A stretch of DNA of 64,000 nt from the human T2T-CHM13v2.0 reference genome, Homo sapiens. Position numbers and translations under genes: made by a program. Location: assembly GCF_009914755.1 (NCBI RefSeq), contig NC_060928.1; one strand, given 5' to 3'. Positions 1 through 17,777 of this stretch are shown here, in pieces; within the stretch, counting starts at the first letter, position 1; each line of letters begins with the position of its first letter. The notes under the pieces are model-generated. The model searched no databases, was not told the DNA's origin, and worked only from the letters and a program-made list of their open reading frames with translations.

Positions 1-3858
<3,858 letters not shown>

Positions 3859-5599
3859 TCCAAGAGATCAGCACGTGGCTGTGAAGCCAAGAATGTTAGA
3901 TTCTTATTTGTGAAACAGAAAATAGGTATTTTTGCCTATAGCAGAGATTATTCTAAATTAATTAAGGAGTAGGAAGCTAATAAATGTCAAAACACTGTTT
4001 AATTTACTATACAAAAATGTAATGAGTATTAAACTGCATTTTTGGAGTTACATACCTCCATACGACTAAAACACCCAAACATCTTTTAGTTAATAGTATC
4101 ATAGGTATGTAAAGATTATTTGTTTCATTTTTTCATATTACAGCGAGTACACTGTGGTTTTTCTGTTACTAATATTTAGGGTCTAAGGTCTTGTTACTAA
4201 TATTTTATTTCCATATCACTTGGGGATTTTTAGTCTATTTTTTGTAATGTTAATATGATTGTGTTCTGCATTAGCAGATAACAAAATGTATTGTATAGGC
4301 TATCTATTCATTTCAGTAAACCCAAAACACTTTATCACATTTTCACTGTTCCTCTTTCTGTGAACTATTAAGTATAAGTAAAAATGAAAAAGAGCTAAAA
4401 TATATAAGTACTAATTTCTCCAAAGAAAATTTCCAATAATATGAAGGCTCACAGATCTCCAAATGTATTCAGTCAAGACACTAATGATGAGAGTTCAAAT
4501 GCACTGATCCCTGCTGTGTGTTATGAACTATGTTACTCTGTTTCAGAAACTCTTAAAATTCACAACTGCATAAACTAGATAATATTATTCCCATTTAATA
4601 GTCGAACTGGCTGCAGCACAGAGATGATAAAATAAATAATATACACAAATTACACAGCTGGTAGGGGTGTGTGCTGAGAGAGTTAGTCAAGTCACTAACT
4701 ACTATGCAGTACTATTATACCTCTCATGATGAAATGTTGCTACATGTGTTCTTTCAACAAAGGACAATTTTCAGCAGAAATTTTTTGTTCTTCTTGGTTG
4801 AAAATTTTTAACATAAATCCATAGATTCCACAAAGGAGACATTCTATATTTATAGTTGCATAGCTTTTAGTGAAATTTAGGTCAGCACTTTTAGAAATAC
4901 GTTCTTCACAACACAAGGTCTATGAAATGTTAAAATATATTCCTTGAGGAAAGATATCTGCAATAAATTAATTTGAAAAATTTTGGATTAAACAAAATTA
5001 AACAGCTTCCTACTGTGGCCATCTTAGACTTTAACATGCTAATTTACAATATGATTCTTCATGAGGAACGGTATATACACCTCGCCATATGAAAACTTTA
5101 TGATTAACAAGTACTACCGTATTTATTTAAATATTTAGGCGACTTTATCCCTTCTGTAAAATATGTTATATGATAGTGGGCATTGGGTAAGTCTTGTAAT
5201 TCTACTACTGTTCTATTTGGTGAGGAATTTGGGAGAATAGTTTTGATAATTCAATATTTATTTGTACTGAATTGGAACGATATATCACTGTTTTGAATTT
5301 AGAGATATTTAAAAAGTCTTATAATTGTAACCTTATAATTTGTAAACTTATTTCATGTTGAAGTGAAAAAATTTAGGAAAATCTTCAATACTACGTTGCC
5401 CAAGTCTACTTTTATAAAAATTTGCCCCTGCTATTTTATAATTTTTTTAAAATCTGAAGTTTAGTGAGGTGCATTTCATTTAGTAAAACGTGTTGAAACA
5501 AATTCCAAACATCTTTTTGAAAATATTGTAATTTTTTTCATTCATTAGCAGTGAGGAATTCTGCATTATTTATAAATTTTTTTCTATTAGAAGTGCATT

Positions 5600-6488
<889 letters not shown>

Positions 6489-6520
6489 AAAAACCTTTAT
6501 TTTAAAAAATTTGTTTAAAA

Positions 6521-6680
6521 CAGTAATCGTCAAACTTTAAAGCACATTGGAATCATCTGCAGGGTTTGTTAAGCAGATTGCTTATCAGTAGATCTGGGTG
6601 GGGCAGAGAAATTAGCATTTCTATTAAGTTTCCAGGTGATAATGATGCTATTTCTCAGGAGCATACCTTCAGAACCACTG
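6521..6680. mobile_element. MER5A-like hAT-Charlie MITE
   Basis: 'tcaaacttt...gaatcatctgcagggtttgttaa...tcagtagatctgggtggggc...gcatttct...ccaggtgat...agaaccactg' follows the MER5A layout. Confidence 0.8.
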
Positions 6681-6714
6681 GAAAGCTGAACTCAGAGGAG
6701 AGTAGATAAGGCAA

Positions 6715-7215
6715 TGTATTACTCAGCGTTCTCCAGAAAAACAGACCAATAGGATAGATGAGATATAGACATAGAAAAAGAGATTTATTATGATAGATAG
6801 TTGATCTCATAGTTCCCTAACTATGAGAGATAGTTAGGGAAACTGAAAAGTCCCACCATTTGCCATCTGCAAGCTGGAGGTTGAGGAAAGCTATGGGCAT
6901 AGTTCCAGTGCAAATCTGAAAGCTCAAGGGCCAGAGGCACTGATGTCCAACGACAGGAGAATATGGATGTCCCAGCTCAAACAGAAAGAGCAAATTCACC
7001 TTTCATCCACCTTTTGGTTCTTTCATGCCCTCAACACATTGGGTAACACTCTCTCACTTTTTTTTGTAAGAGGGAATCTTCTATATTCAGTTTTCCCATT
7101 CAAATGCTAAACTTTTCTGAAAACACTCTCATAGACATAGCCAGAAACAATGTTTTACCAGCAATCTGGGCATCCCTTAGCCCAGTAAACATGACACGTA
7201 AATTTAACCATCACA
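6715..7215 (-). mobile_element. MLT2B-like ERV-L solo LTR
   Basis: TG...CA termini (tgtatt / aaccatcaca) and a perfect 5-bp TSD ggcaa at 6710-6714 and 7216-7220. Confidence 0.9.
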
Positions 7216-7749
7216 GGCAATAAGTATTTGTGATCCTAATGTTATTTTTAAGGGTTATAATTCAAAATGGGATATTCTGATTTCCATTTTTCTGATTAAA
7301 TAAAAAACATTAGTTATTCCATTGAATACTGGCAAATTTAAAATGCAACATTTTAAAAAAGAAAATAAGATGAAACATTTTTTATCTTTTCACTCTCCCT
7401 AGTACTTTTCAGACTGATTGAATCATATTTAAATATCCAGAAAATATTACATGTAAAATTAATACTTTTTAAAATGCTGACTACATTTTAATAAACCATG
7501 TTATTTATGATGAATATGATACCAGAATTAATCAGTAAAATATCATAAGCACGAAAATATGAAACATGACTTCTGTTGCACTTGGAGCCATTAGTGATGA
7601 TAGAATACACAGAATTTTTACCAGATGTCTGGGCCTACTCAACTCTCCACCACCATGTGTGTTATGGAAAAAAAATAAACTGACAAGGTATTAATCATAT
7701 AGATATTCTTCTAGAATAAGACAGTATGTCTAGGTATATGGTCAGGAAG

Positions 7750-7900
7750 AGCAGATTATAGTGGACAGGATTAGAAGTACTGAGTTCTGCTCCTCCTTGT
7801 TTCATTATTATGTCTGGGGATAAATCAAGCAGACTCTATCTAAGTTGCACATTTGTGAAATGAAAGGATTTTGTGGAAGGAGCTCTGAAGCCTCTTATAT
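7750..7900 (+). mobile_element. MIR fragment
   Basis: Degenerate MIR core ('ctgagttctgctcct...gggataaatca...catttgtgaaatgaaagg'). Confidence 0.5.
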
Positions 7901-8877
7901 TTTTGAAAAAAAAAATGGCATACTGATTGTTTTTTCTTCTTTCAATATTTCTCAAGTCTGTTGCCCAGAACATTGCGATATTTTGAGACTGGCCATACTC
8001 AGTTTTACTTATTTAGTAAAATAAATTAATTAGGTGCTCTCTAATTGTTACAGCCATAAGAAAAATCAATTGGAAGTCATTAACAGATCATAATTACCTT
8101 TAAGTAGGTTCTACTATAATCTAAAATTCATGTTAGGTAAATAAGAACTTTTAATAAACTCTCTCCCATTAATTTTAGGAAGATTTCACAATTACAATTA
8201 TAATAGTTGTATCTACATATATGTCACAAGAATATACAAAAGTAGCAAAGATAATGAATAAGTAGACAAGAGTAGAAAAAATAAATCTGGATAAGTTCAC
8301 TATATTCATATATACATCATATACACATATAAAATTTTAGGTTGCAAAACGTAACACTCAGATGAAGCAATCATAGAAAGAAAATTGTCCTCCCAAATGT
8401 CAGTTAATGTTTGATCAAGTGTAAAGCTGATCTATATGTGAGTAAGAGTCATTATGGACCCAGAAAGAAGCCAAATCATAAGCATATTCAGGTGACTGAC
8501 CATGTAAGATGTTTTAGATTAGGGTCAGAACCTCAAGTCTAAATTAAACACTTAGCTTAAAGAAAAACTCATCAATTTAAAGTTAGCATGAGTATGACCC
8601 GTAATACAGAAAAAAAAAGCAGCTTGCTGATATGTGTGTGGATCATAAGTCTAAAAATGACATTTACTAAAAGAGCAAAACGACGGCACAGATAAAAGAA
8701 ATTACAAAAGAGCAAAAAGATGGGAATTTTTTTTTTAACTCAAGCTATTCTATTTAGAGCAATAGTTTCAAAACCCACAACAAAAAACAATGTATCAAAG
8801 ACAAAGGCCTAAAAGCAGCATTTTGATTTTGTGGTATGTTGTGTTTTTAAAGTTGGAATGAGGTGGCCGGAAGAATA

Positions 8878-8945
8878 TAATTATTGTTTTATTTACATAA
8901 ATGTATGGGACACAAGTGTAATTTTGTTACATGCATAGATTACTT
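8878..8945 (-). mobile_element. Very short L1 3'-end fragment (L1PB/L1MA-like)
   Basis: 'tttatttacataaatgtatgggacacaagtgtaattttgttacatgcatagatt' resembles an antisense L1 terminus. Confidence 0.65.
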
Positions 8946-9647
8946 AATGTATTGATATAGTCTTCTAGCCATTTGCTTTTGAGATATTATGAGAATATAA
9001 TATTAATTTTTTACCTTTAGGCTTTGGTAGTATATTATTGTTGTCGTGCAACTGACATTGCAATTTACCTGGTTCTGTTGAGACCACTGACTCTTTTTAA
9101 GCATTTAATAAACTCAACACAAGCAATAGATTTAAAATCTAGTTACAATTATAAACCTGCAAATTTGGTTAAAATTATATCTGATTGCATAAGGTGGGGT
9201 ATCTCCAGTGTTTTATCCACATGGAAAGAAATAGCAGGCAGTTTAAAAACTTTAAAATGGGTAAGACCAGGGAGGGAAATATGACCATCATAACTTATTT
9301 CAAAGAAAAGTCTCATTCAGAACTATGTATAACATATAAAATATATGTGATAAATTCACACAATGCGATGTTTAAATGATTAAAGCAGATAAGCAATGAA
9401 AATACATACAATTTTAAAATAAGAAGAAGACGACAGAGACTTTCATACACCAGACATAGCCTCGTTGATGGAGAACTTTTAGAATTGACATAGATAATGA
9501 AAACAAACTGCACAGGAATTAAAATCAATATAATCTGTGAAGCAAATATGAAGACACTAGAATCTGGAGATAAATGACTAAAGAAAGGAAAAACAGTGAC
9601 CTTATAATGCTTCCCAATTCTGCAATGGGGCAACTCAAGCACGTGCA

Positions 9648-9756
9648 TTATATATAGATAGATAGATAGATAGATAGATACCATTTATATATTTATATAC
9701 CATTTATATATTTATAAATATAAATATACATATTTATATATATACCATTTATATAT

Positions 9757-9802
<46 letters not shown>

Positions 9803-9820
9803 AACACACACACAAACATA
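9648..9820. repeat. Compound microsatellite: (TAGA)n, ataccatttatata x3, (TA)n, (CA)n
   Basis: Read directly from the sequence. Confidence 0.95.
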
Positions 9821-10559
9821 TAAGTGATCCATAGTAAAAAGCAAATAAATGCAGGTACTGGGAACTCAAAGAAACAAACATCTAGAATGTAAAATCTAGC
9901 CAGGAAATACATAGAGTTATGGGATAAAGAAATCATTCTTCAATCTAGTCATGACGGGGGCAATAATATATCTTAGAGAATATTAATGTGAGCTTTTTTC
10001 ATTAGAAATTTTGCAATATGATCACAGCCAATCATTTTCAGTGTCATTAACCAATGTGAAAATGTGTCACATGTAACAGGCGGGACTACTGAGTTCTCAG
10101 AACTTAGAGAAACGCAAAAATTGAGATCAGCTTTTTTATTTGGAGAAATGATTTCAAAAAGATTTTCTAGAGGGCAATGTTGTTCAACTGTTGCTATACG
10201 GTATCCATAAATAAGTTATATTTATTTTTCTGCTCTAAATTAAAATAATTGTTCAATGGACCTTGAATCATAGAGAGTTTTTGAGGCTTTATAAATAAAT
10301 TTAATTTTTTAAATAAACACAATAAAATTTCCACACATAGCAGTGAACAAGTAGCACGGTAGTTGCCTAGTGCAAAATGACCTCTGCCCCTGGTCTCTAA
10401 TAACCAGCATCTCATAGGCCGAGTTTATCCTAGGGGGCACTGATAGCCTAGTTAAGGCTGTAGTTTTTTATGCAGTATGTTTATACGGATGACATCGTTC
10501 TGCATACAGACTATTGTGATGCTTCAATGTAGAAGCAACTATAACCCTAAATATGCTTA

Positions 10560-11062
10560 ACAAGGCCAAATCATATAAGCTATTTCTATATACGAACAAT
10601 GTCCATTGGGGGTATCAGTTTTTCAAAACCTTTACAATAACATCAGCAAATACTTAGAAATAGGATTTGATATATTGTGCACAAGACTTGTTCATAGAAA
10701 AGTATAAAATACCACTGAGGCAAATTAAAGAAGACTTAAAGAAATTGAGATTTATAACACATTCATAGATAATAGAACTATTGTTAATACGGAAAATTTG
10801 ACCAAAATGTATCTATATATTTAATGTAATCCCAATCAAAATCCCATCAGATTTTTTTTCTTTGAAAGAACTGCCTAGCTTGCTCTAAAATGTATATTAA
10901 AAAGCAAAATACTTATAACAGTAAAACATTTCTTTTAAAAGAAGAAGGTTGGAGGCTTACACTATCTGATGTCAACTTACTGCCGACCTAGTAATCAAAA
11001 CAGTGGGGTAGAAAGACAGACATATTCTTCAATGGAAGAGAATAGAGAAACAAGAAATAGTA
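10560..11062 (+). mobile_element. Old L1M ORF2 fragment
   Basis: 'ctatttctatatac...aattaaagaagacttaaagaaattgaga...aatcccaatcaaaatcccatcag...aaggttggaggcttacactatctgat' is L1 ORF2-like. Confidence 0.85.
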
Positions 11063-11064
11063 TG

Positions 11065-13560
11065 CAGTTGAGCCTTGAACAACGTGGGGGTTGGGGTTCT
11101 AACCCCTCCGTGCAGCCAAAAATCTACTTACAACTTTTGACTCCCCACAACTTAACTACTAACAGCCTACTATTGACCGGAAGCTTTACTGATGACACAA
11201 ACAGTCGATTAACATATATTTTGTATGTTAAATGTATTATAGATCTGTATTCTTACAATAAAGTAAGCTAGAGAAAAGAAAATGTTATTAAAAATCATAG
11301 GGAAGAGAAAACATATTTACTATTCATTAAGTAGAACTGGATCATGAAAAAGGGCTTTTCCACCTTGTCTTAACGTTGAGAAGACTGAGGAGGAGGAGGA
11401 ATAGGAGGGGTTTGTTTCGCTGTCTCCACGGGTGGCAGAGGCAGAAGAGGTTAAGGAGGTGAAAGGGGAAGCGAGAGAGGCAGGCACGCTCGCTGCAACT
11501 TTGCAGAAATACATCATAATTTCTGTCGGACATTTTTGCTTTTTCGTTTTTCTAAAAATATTTGTGTATGGTATCAATCCTCCTTCTACCGTTTGCATTA
11601 GTTTCAGTGCCTGCATCACAAAATAGTCCATGTCATAAAAGAAATTAAAAGCAGTCTTGAACAATCAGAGCCCTTTTACCAGATTGTCTAACGTCAATAT
11701 GTTTTCTGGCCCTGCTTCTTCTGTCTTCTTCCTCATCATTTGCCATTGGTTCAGAAGCACTCATTTCCATCAGATTATCTTCTGTTAGTTCCTCTGGTGT
11801 GGTGTCTACATGCTTTTGAATTTCTTCATGATCTATATCTTGAATCCTTTACCACCACCCATCACACACAGCCTTTTTTTATTATTATTTATATAGCCAC
11901 AATCTCTTTCATGATTTTCTTGATTGACTGTGTAGTAAATACTGGGAAGTCATGCACAACACCTGGACACAGTTTTCTCCAGCAGGAGTTTATTTTGCAG
12001 GCTTGATGGCTTTCACGGCTTTTTGCATAATAACAATGGCATCTTTGTTGGTGTAATCCTCCCAGACTTTCTCAGCGTTCTCTTCCATAGCATTGGCAAT
12101 CCTTTCCATAAAGTGCCATGTGTAATGTGCCTAAATACTCCCTATGACCCCCTGATCTCAAGGCTGAATTAGAGACCTCATGTTTGAGGCAAGCAGACCA
12201 CTTCAGTGCTTTCAGTGTTGAATTCATGGGGTTCTGGGTGGTCAGGGGCATGTCCAATATCAAAAGAATGTATAAAGGCAGTCCCTGACTGGCAAGGTAC
12301 TTCCTGATTTCAAGGACAAAGTATCGATGGAACCAATCAAGAAAAAGAGTTATCCTTTCCAAGCTTTCTTGTTGTACAACCAAAAGACTGTCAACAGGTG
12401 TTTATCTTTTTTTTTCTTCTAGGCTTGGGGATCAATAGCTTCATAGATAAGGGCAGTCATGCATAATAAACTCGACTGCATTTGCAAAAATAGAAAAACA
12501 GTAGAGTTAGCCTATCCCTTCCTGCCTTAAATCATGGTGCTTGCTTCTCTTCTTTACTAACAAATGGCATTTTCCACCTACCCCCAGAATAGGGTATGTT
12601 TAGCTGCACTAAAAGTTTGTTCAGGCAGGTAAACTTTTCTCTCCAATGATTTTCTTTTTATTATTATTATTATTATACTTTAAATTCTGGGATACATGTG
12701 CAGAACGTGCAGGTTTGTTACATAGGTATACACGTGCCATGGTGGTTTGCTGCACTCATCAACCCGTCGTCTACATTAGGTATTTCTCTCCAGTGATTTT
12801 CTTAATGGCATCTGAGAAGTTATCTGCTGCCTCTTGGTCAGAAAAAGCTGCTTCTCTTGTTTTCTTGATATGTTTTAAGCCGAATCACTTTCTGAAAATA
12901 TCAAACCATCCTTTGCTGGCATTAACTTCTTCAGGTCTAGATCCTTCACCTTCCTTTTAAGTAGTCATATAATGACTTTGCTTTTTCTTGAGTCATAATA
13001 GAGTCTATAGGTGTGCCTTTCTTATAGCAAATCTGTACTGATAGACAAGCTACCTTTTCAATATGAGATAAAAAGGTATCCTCCAAAGAGTACAAGATTT
13101 TTTTCAGCTGCCTGCATAGCTGCAAGGACAGCATCACTGATTTCTTTTTCTTTTTTTTACAGGGGTCCTTACACTGGATTAATTCATCCTGAAATGGCCA
13201 GTAACCATAGGTTTAGGTCTTATTCTATAGTACATATAAAACTATTCAAATTTTTCTTGTAATGTCATAACTTTTCTCTGCTTCTTGGGAGCACTTCCAG
13301 CATTAATAGTGGCATTTTGTATAGTGTTATTTAAGGTCACAGTATTGCCCTAAACATGATGAAAATATGTGAGAATCATGAGAGATCGCATTTACTGAGA
13401 TAGGCAGTTTACTGGAGAGATGAACTGCTCATTCATAGATGATTAGCATTACATGGTGTTTTAAGTGGATATTGGAAACACTTGAGTTTATCATAATAGC
13501 AACAAGAAGTGGCTACAAACTTATTACAACAGTACAGTATCCACTATAGTTAATTATATG
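11065..13560 (-). mobile_element. Tigger2 (TcMar-Tigger/pogo) DNA transposon, near full length with one end missing; decayed transposase
   Basis: TIR CAGTTGAGCCTTGAACAAC at 11065. Minus-strand ORF fragments look like pogo transposase (FLDWFHRYFVLEIRKYLASQGLPLYILLILD; GTPIDSIMTQEKAKSLYD). Confidence 0.9.
12655..12788 (-). mobile_element. ~130-bp 5'-truncated L1PA7-like insertion inside Tigger2
   Basis: 'ttatactttaaattctgggatacatgtgcagaacgtgcagg...'. TSD tctctcca(a/g)tgattttctt on both sides. Confidence 0.9.
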
Positions 13561-14794
13561 CATAGAGATGCTAGTGAGCTCCTCAAAGTTGAATTTAGAA
13601 CAGTTCATCCAGTTATATAAGAAATAGTTATCAGAGTTCAGACTCAGTTTTTGTTTTGTTTTGTTTTCCATTTTAAAAATGGAACTTTGAAATTCCCTGG
13701 AAACAGAGTTTATTAATATTCGCTTACTTAAAAAAACCTGTCAAGCCTTCTTCCTCCAGATGTGGTTTCCAGATGGTCCATGAATTGCCCAATGAGAATC
13801 AAAATGGTACATTTAGTCGTAATAAAGAGCTAGCACCTTTTTTCCCTTAAAAACCACTAGTCTTGAATCAGCTAGATATGCACTTAGGGGAAAAGTAATC
13901 ACTGTATGTTTTTACAACAATAAATCTACTTTTAGCCATGGACACTTAAATGATCCAGTCCCTACATAATTTAGATAATTGTATACCAATGCCAGATGCA
14001 TGAATACATTAAGACAAAGACACGCAACAAACTCACAATTATCTCATGTCATTGTGGATTTGATTTCTTTTGAGATGAAAATTCAGGAAATTGCAAACAT
14101 AAAATGTGCGTTTCTTCTCTTACCGAAACTCAAGAGAGTCTATTAGATTTTGAAATTTACTAATTTTTCTCCTACATTCTTTTCCTTTTTTGAATTTGTA
14201 TAAAGAAGTTGTAAATATCCAAGGAAATAACCATTCCTTTAATTATCTCAAAAGGATTTGTAGTTACATGAAAATTTCAGAGAATCTGAGAGATTGATTC
14301 TTTGTTATCAAAATTTCCTCTTGGCTGAGTCAGATTTCTTATAAATGAAGAAGTGTAACTTTTTACAAACATTTACATAAACTTTTGTTTATATTTTTAT
14401 ACAAGAAAGGCTGTAACTCAGAATAAAGATTTGTTATGATAAATTCTGCTTTGCCTTTTATGTAAATATTTTGGTATTTCAAAGACCATATAATCCTACT
14501 AGTATCTGTATTATTTCCAGCGCAATTAAGCAACTTGGAAATTCACATTCAAAGCTATTCAAATTAGCATCCATGAACTAAAATAAGAGGAAAAACATTA
14601 TGAAAACTAAAGCTAGTAAAATTTATTTTAATATATATTATGTTTTCTTCAAATTATGGTTAGTCTAATAAACTTGGGAAAAAATTTTTGAACAGAGACA
14701 TATGTTGACAAGTGACAAATGACAATCATTGTGAATAACAGAGAATGCCTGATTTTAGGAAAAGGAATGACGCTCATTTTAAAACTATACATCT

Positions 14795-14900
14795 CCATTC
14801 AACATGTATTCACTAAAGGTCTATTACATATAATGAAATGTGCTCATCACTACAGGGAATACAAATAAGGATAAAATAGAGCCACTACACCAGTCAAACT
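14795..14900 (-). mobile_element. L2 3'-end fragment
   Basis: 'cattcaacatgtattcactaaaggtctatt...gggaatacaaataagg' pattern. Confidence 0.55.
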
Positions 14901-15687
14901 TTCTCTTATTCAATGAAAACAATAAAATGTATGCAAACAGCAAACACAGAACCTGACAAATAAGCTGCCAAAAATTAGATGAGTGCAGTAATATCACATT
15001 TTTAACTATTTTAACACATGGGGATCATAGAATAGTGATGGTGACAGTAAAGTCATAAAGATACAAAACAAATATTAAAGAATGTGTGTGAAATAAAATA
15101 TGTGGGTAAATTTTTGTTTTTCACATGTTGCTGTTTAAGGACACTGCAGTATGTCCTGTAATTCATCGAAATGACTCAGTGGAAGAAAGCTTCATTACAA
15201 GGCTGGAAGTGTAACGCTTGATGTACACTGCCTTCACATAACTTCCTTGCTATGATTTTTTTCTAGATAAACTTTAAAGTGATTGAACAATGACTTGCCG
15301 GCCCCCTGGTTACTTTTCTCTCTCATTTTTTTAGTCTTCATCAATTCAAATTCTGGATGACTAGAATAGTGAAAACAATATCATTAAAACTAGAAAGATT
15401 GGTATTATTCAAACAGTATGAAATATAATACATATATTAATGTTAATTAATAACATTAGTAAAATAATCTCATGATCATTTTGCTAAAATAAGTATTCAA
15501 ATTGATATTTTAAAAATATATATGGCGTATATGTTACATAAATATATAAACGTATAAGATAACTACTCAGACAAAACTGCATCAGTAGACAAAGAAATGA
15601 TGTCACAGTAGTCAAATGAAATCACAGAAGTTTTCTTTTTTTTAAAGCAAGGACGTACTTAAAAGTGTTCATATATCGATTGAGCAT

Positions 15688-15862
15688 TCTTCATTCATTA
15701 ATTTACAAATGTTTCTTAAATATATGCTGTGCATTAAGCACTGGATTATACATTATTGGATTATACATTATTAATAATTATACATTATTAAGCACGGATT
15801 ATACATTATTGGATTATACATTATTGTTAAAGAAACAACTGTCAAGAAGCTGATGTTCTAGT
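15688..15862 (-). mobile_element. L2 3'-end fragment containing an internal minisatellite
   Basis: 'ttcattcattaatttacaaatgtttcttaaatatatgctgtgc...aagcactgg...tcaagaagctgatgttctagt'. Confidence 0.6.
15733..15825. repeat. Minisatellite, five copies of ttatacattatt with higher-order structure
   Basis: Read directly from the sequence. Confidence 0.9.
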
Positions 15863-17302
15863 TGGCCTTTTACATTTACATAGTATTTTATAGTTTATAA
15901 AGATACTTCCTGACACATGAAATCATAAATCTCACAAAGTTATTCTAAGACAACACTTACAAAAACGGTAGCAAAGAACATGGTGCAGAATGGAAATCAC
16001 CAATATATTAAAAATATTAATTAATTGCCTCAATTACCATCTTCTTCCAGAGACTCAGATACGTAATCATCATGAAATCTTATTGTCATGGAAACTTCAA
16101 CATTAACATTAACTAGCGATTGTTTTCACTTCAAGTAAATGTTGTTAACACAGCAAGAGATAGCTCTCTGTCTTGTCACAGCATGGCAGGTAGACAGTGG
16201 TTATCAATATTTGGTGAATAAATTTGTTGCTATTGTTTGAATGATAGTGCCTAGCCCTACCTTTGAACATTCATGTACTTCCCGAAGGACATTTCTAGAA
16301 TTCCTTCTAAAAACAAAAAATATAGGAGACACATAATATAGTTGGCTCAAGGTACTTTGGGAATGTTCAAAAGTGATACCTAAGCTAGTCTAGATAAAAT
16401 AGAGATGGTGTCTGAGGAAAGTGCCGCAGGAAATAAAAGTAGATGGTGGCAGTCAAGGGAAAAAAGGGATCTAAGAAGTTCTCCAAGGCTGGGAATAGGA
16501 GGATAAAGAAGAGAGACTAGTGCATGCAGACAATAAAACATATGTAAAGAGAAGAGTGCAAGAATATGAAATGACAATGGGTCTGCCAAAAGATGCAAAA
16601 GCAAGCCATGATACTGTGGTGCATACATGAGCAAGCAAAATACAGAAAAAAGAATAACTATGTACTGAACATTTCAGTTATAATCAAAGACACAATCACG
16701 CCAATATCACCATCTTTAAAAATAGGAAAGGACATATTGTCAATTTGCACTTAATTCAAATAGGTAAGAGATGCCAAATTTTTACACGTTAGAGGATTTT
16801 TAGCTATTTGCCTTTTGAGGCAAACTAGAGGATACTGCAGTATAGAACTATAATATTGTTTTTTGATCTTAGCATTTATTTTACATTAGACTTTAAAAAA
16901 AAAACTATCCTCAGAGGCACTGTTGTAATGGACGAGCATGAAGTAATTTATCAAGGGTAACAGTCTGGAGATTGTGTTGTGAAATATTCTACATGAAAAA
17001 CAGAAAATGTTATAGTATTTCATGCTGTACTGAAAGATTTACTCTGAGTTAATTGGTATGTGGAAACATTCTTAACTGCACAAAAAAAGAGCAAGTAACT
17101 GCCCTATTCTACACCTGATAATTATTTTTAGCTTCCAGGTTACTGAAAATTCAACACATGAAGGTTTAGAATAATAAACATTGTAGTGAGATTATAGAAA
17201 TATTATTATGGCATTTTTATATATTTATGAGAGTTTGATGAAAATTCTTTATTGCAGAAATATTAATATAATAAATGCTGCAAAGATTGTTCTGATGATA
17301 TC

Positions 17303-17659
17303 TGTGATGATTAACATCCTGCGTCAACTTTGCTAGTCTATGGTAACTCATTGTTCTCTCAAACATCTAGATGTTGTTGTGAAGGCATTATTTTAGATGT
17401 TATTAATATTTGAATCAATAGACTGAGTAGAGTACATTCTTTCATAATATGGGTGGGCCTTGTCTAATCAGTGGAAGGCCTTAAGAGAGAGGACTACGGT
17501 TTCTGGAGAAAAAAGGAATTCTGTCTCCAGACTGCCATTGAACTCAAGATTTCCACATGAACTTTTCCCTGGGTCTCCAGCATCTGCCAGCTTGCCCTGC
17601 AGATTTTGAACTTGCCTGCATCCCTAATTTTGTAAGCCTATACCTTAAAATCAGTCTCT

Positions 17660-17697
<38 letters not shown>

Positions 17698-17757
17698 CAT
17701 GTGTGTGTAAAAAATTTTGTAATGGTTCTCTTTCTCTGGAGAACTCTGACTAATACA
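17303..17757 (+). mobile_element. MLT2 (MLT2D-like) ERV-L solo LTR with internal (TC)n
   Basis: Begins tgtgatgattaa...gtcaact and ends tttctctggagaactctgactaataca. Confidence 0.88.
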
Positions 17758-17777
17758 GTCACTCTTATATAATCCAT

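Noticed and set aside
9313-9936. Minus-strand ORFs of 62-123 aa
   Set aside because: They begin in or run through microsatellites, have low-complexity composition and show no recognisable domain.
11320-13262. Cluster of 60-114 aa ORFs suggesting a gene
   Set aside because: They are fragments and antisense frames of a dead Tigger2 transposase, broken by stops, frameshifts and an L1 insertion.
15733-15825. Short repeats with variable spacers, superficially CRISPR-like
   Set aside because: Mammalian DNA, 12-15 bp units with 3-9 bp linkers and no cas genes. It is an ordinary minisatellite.
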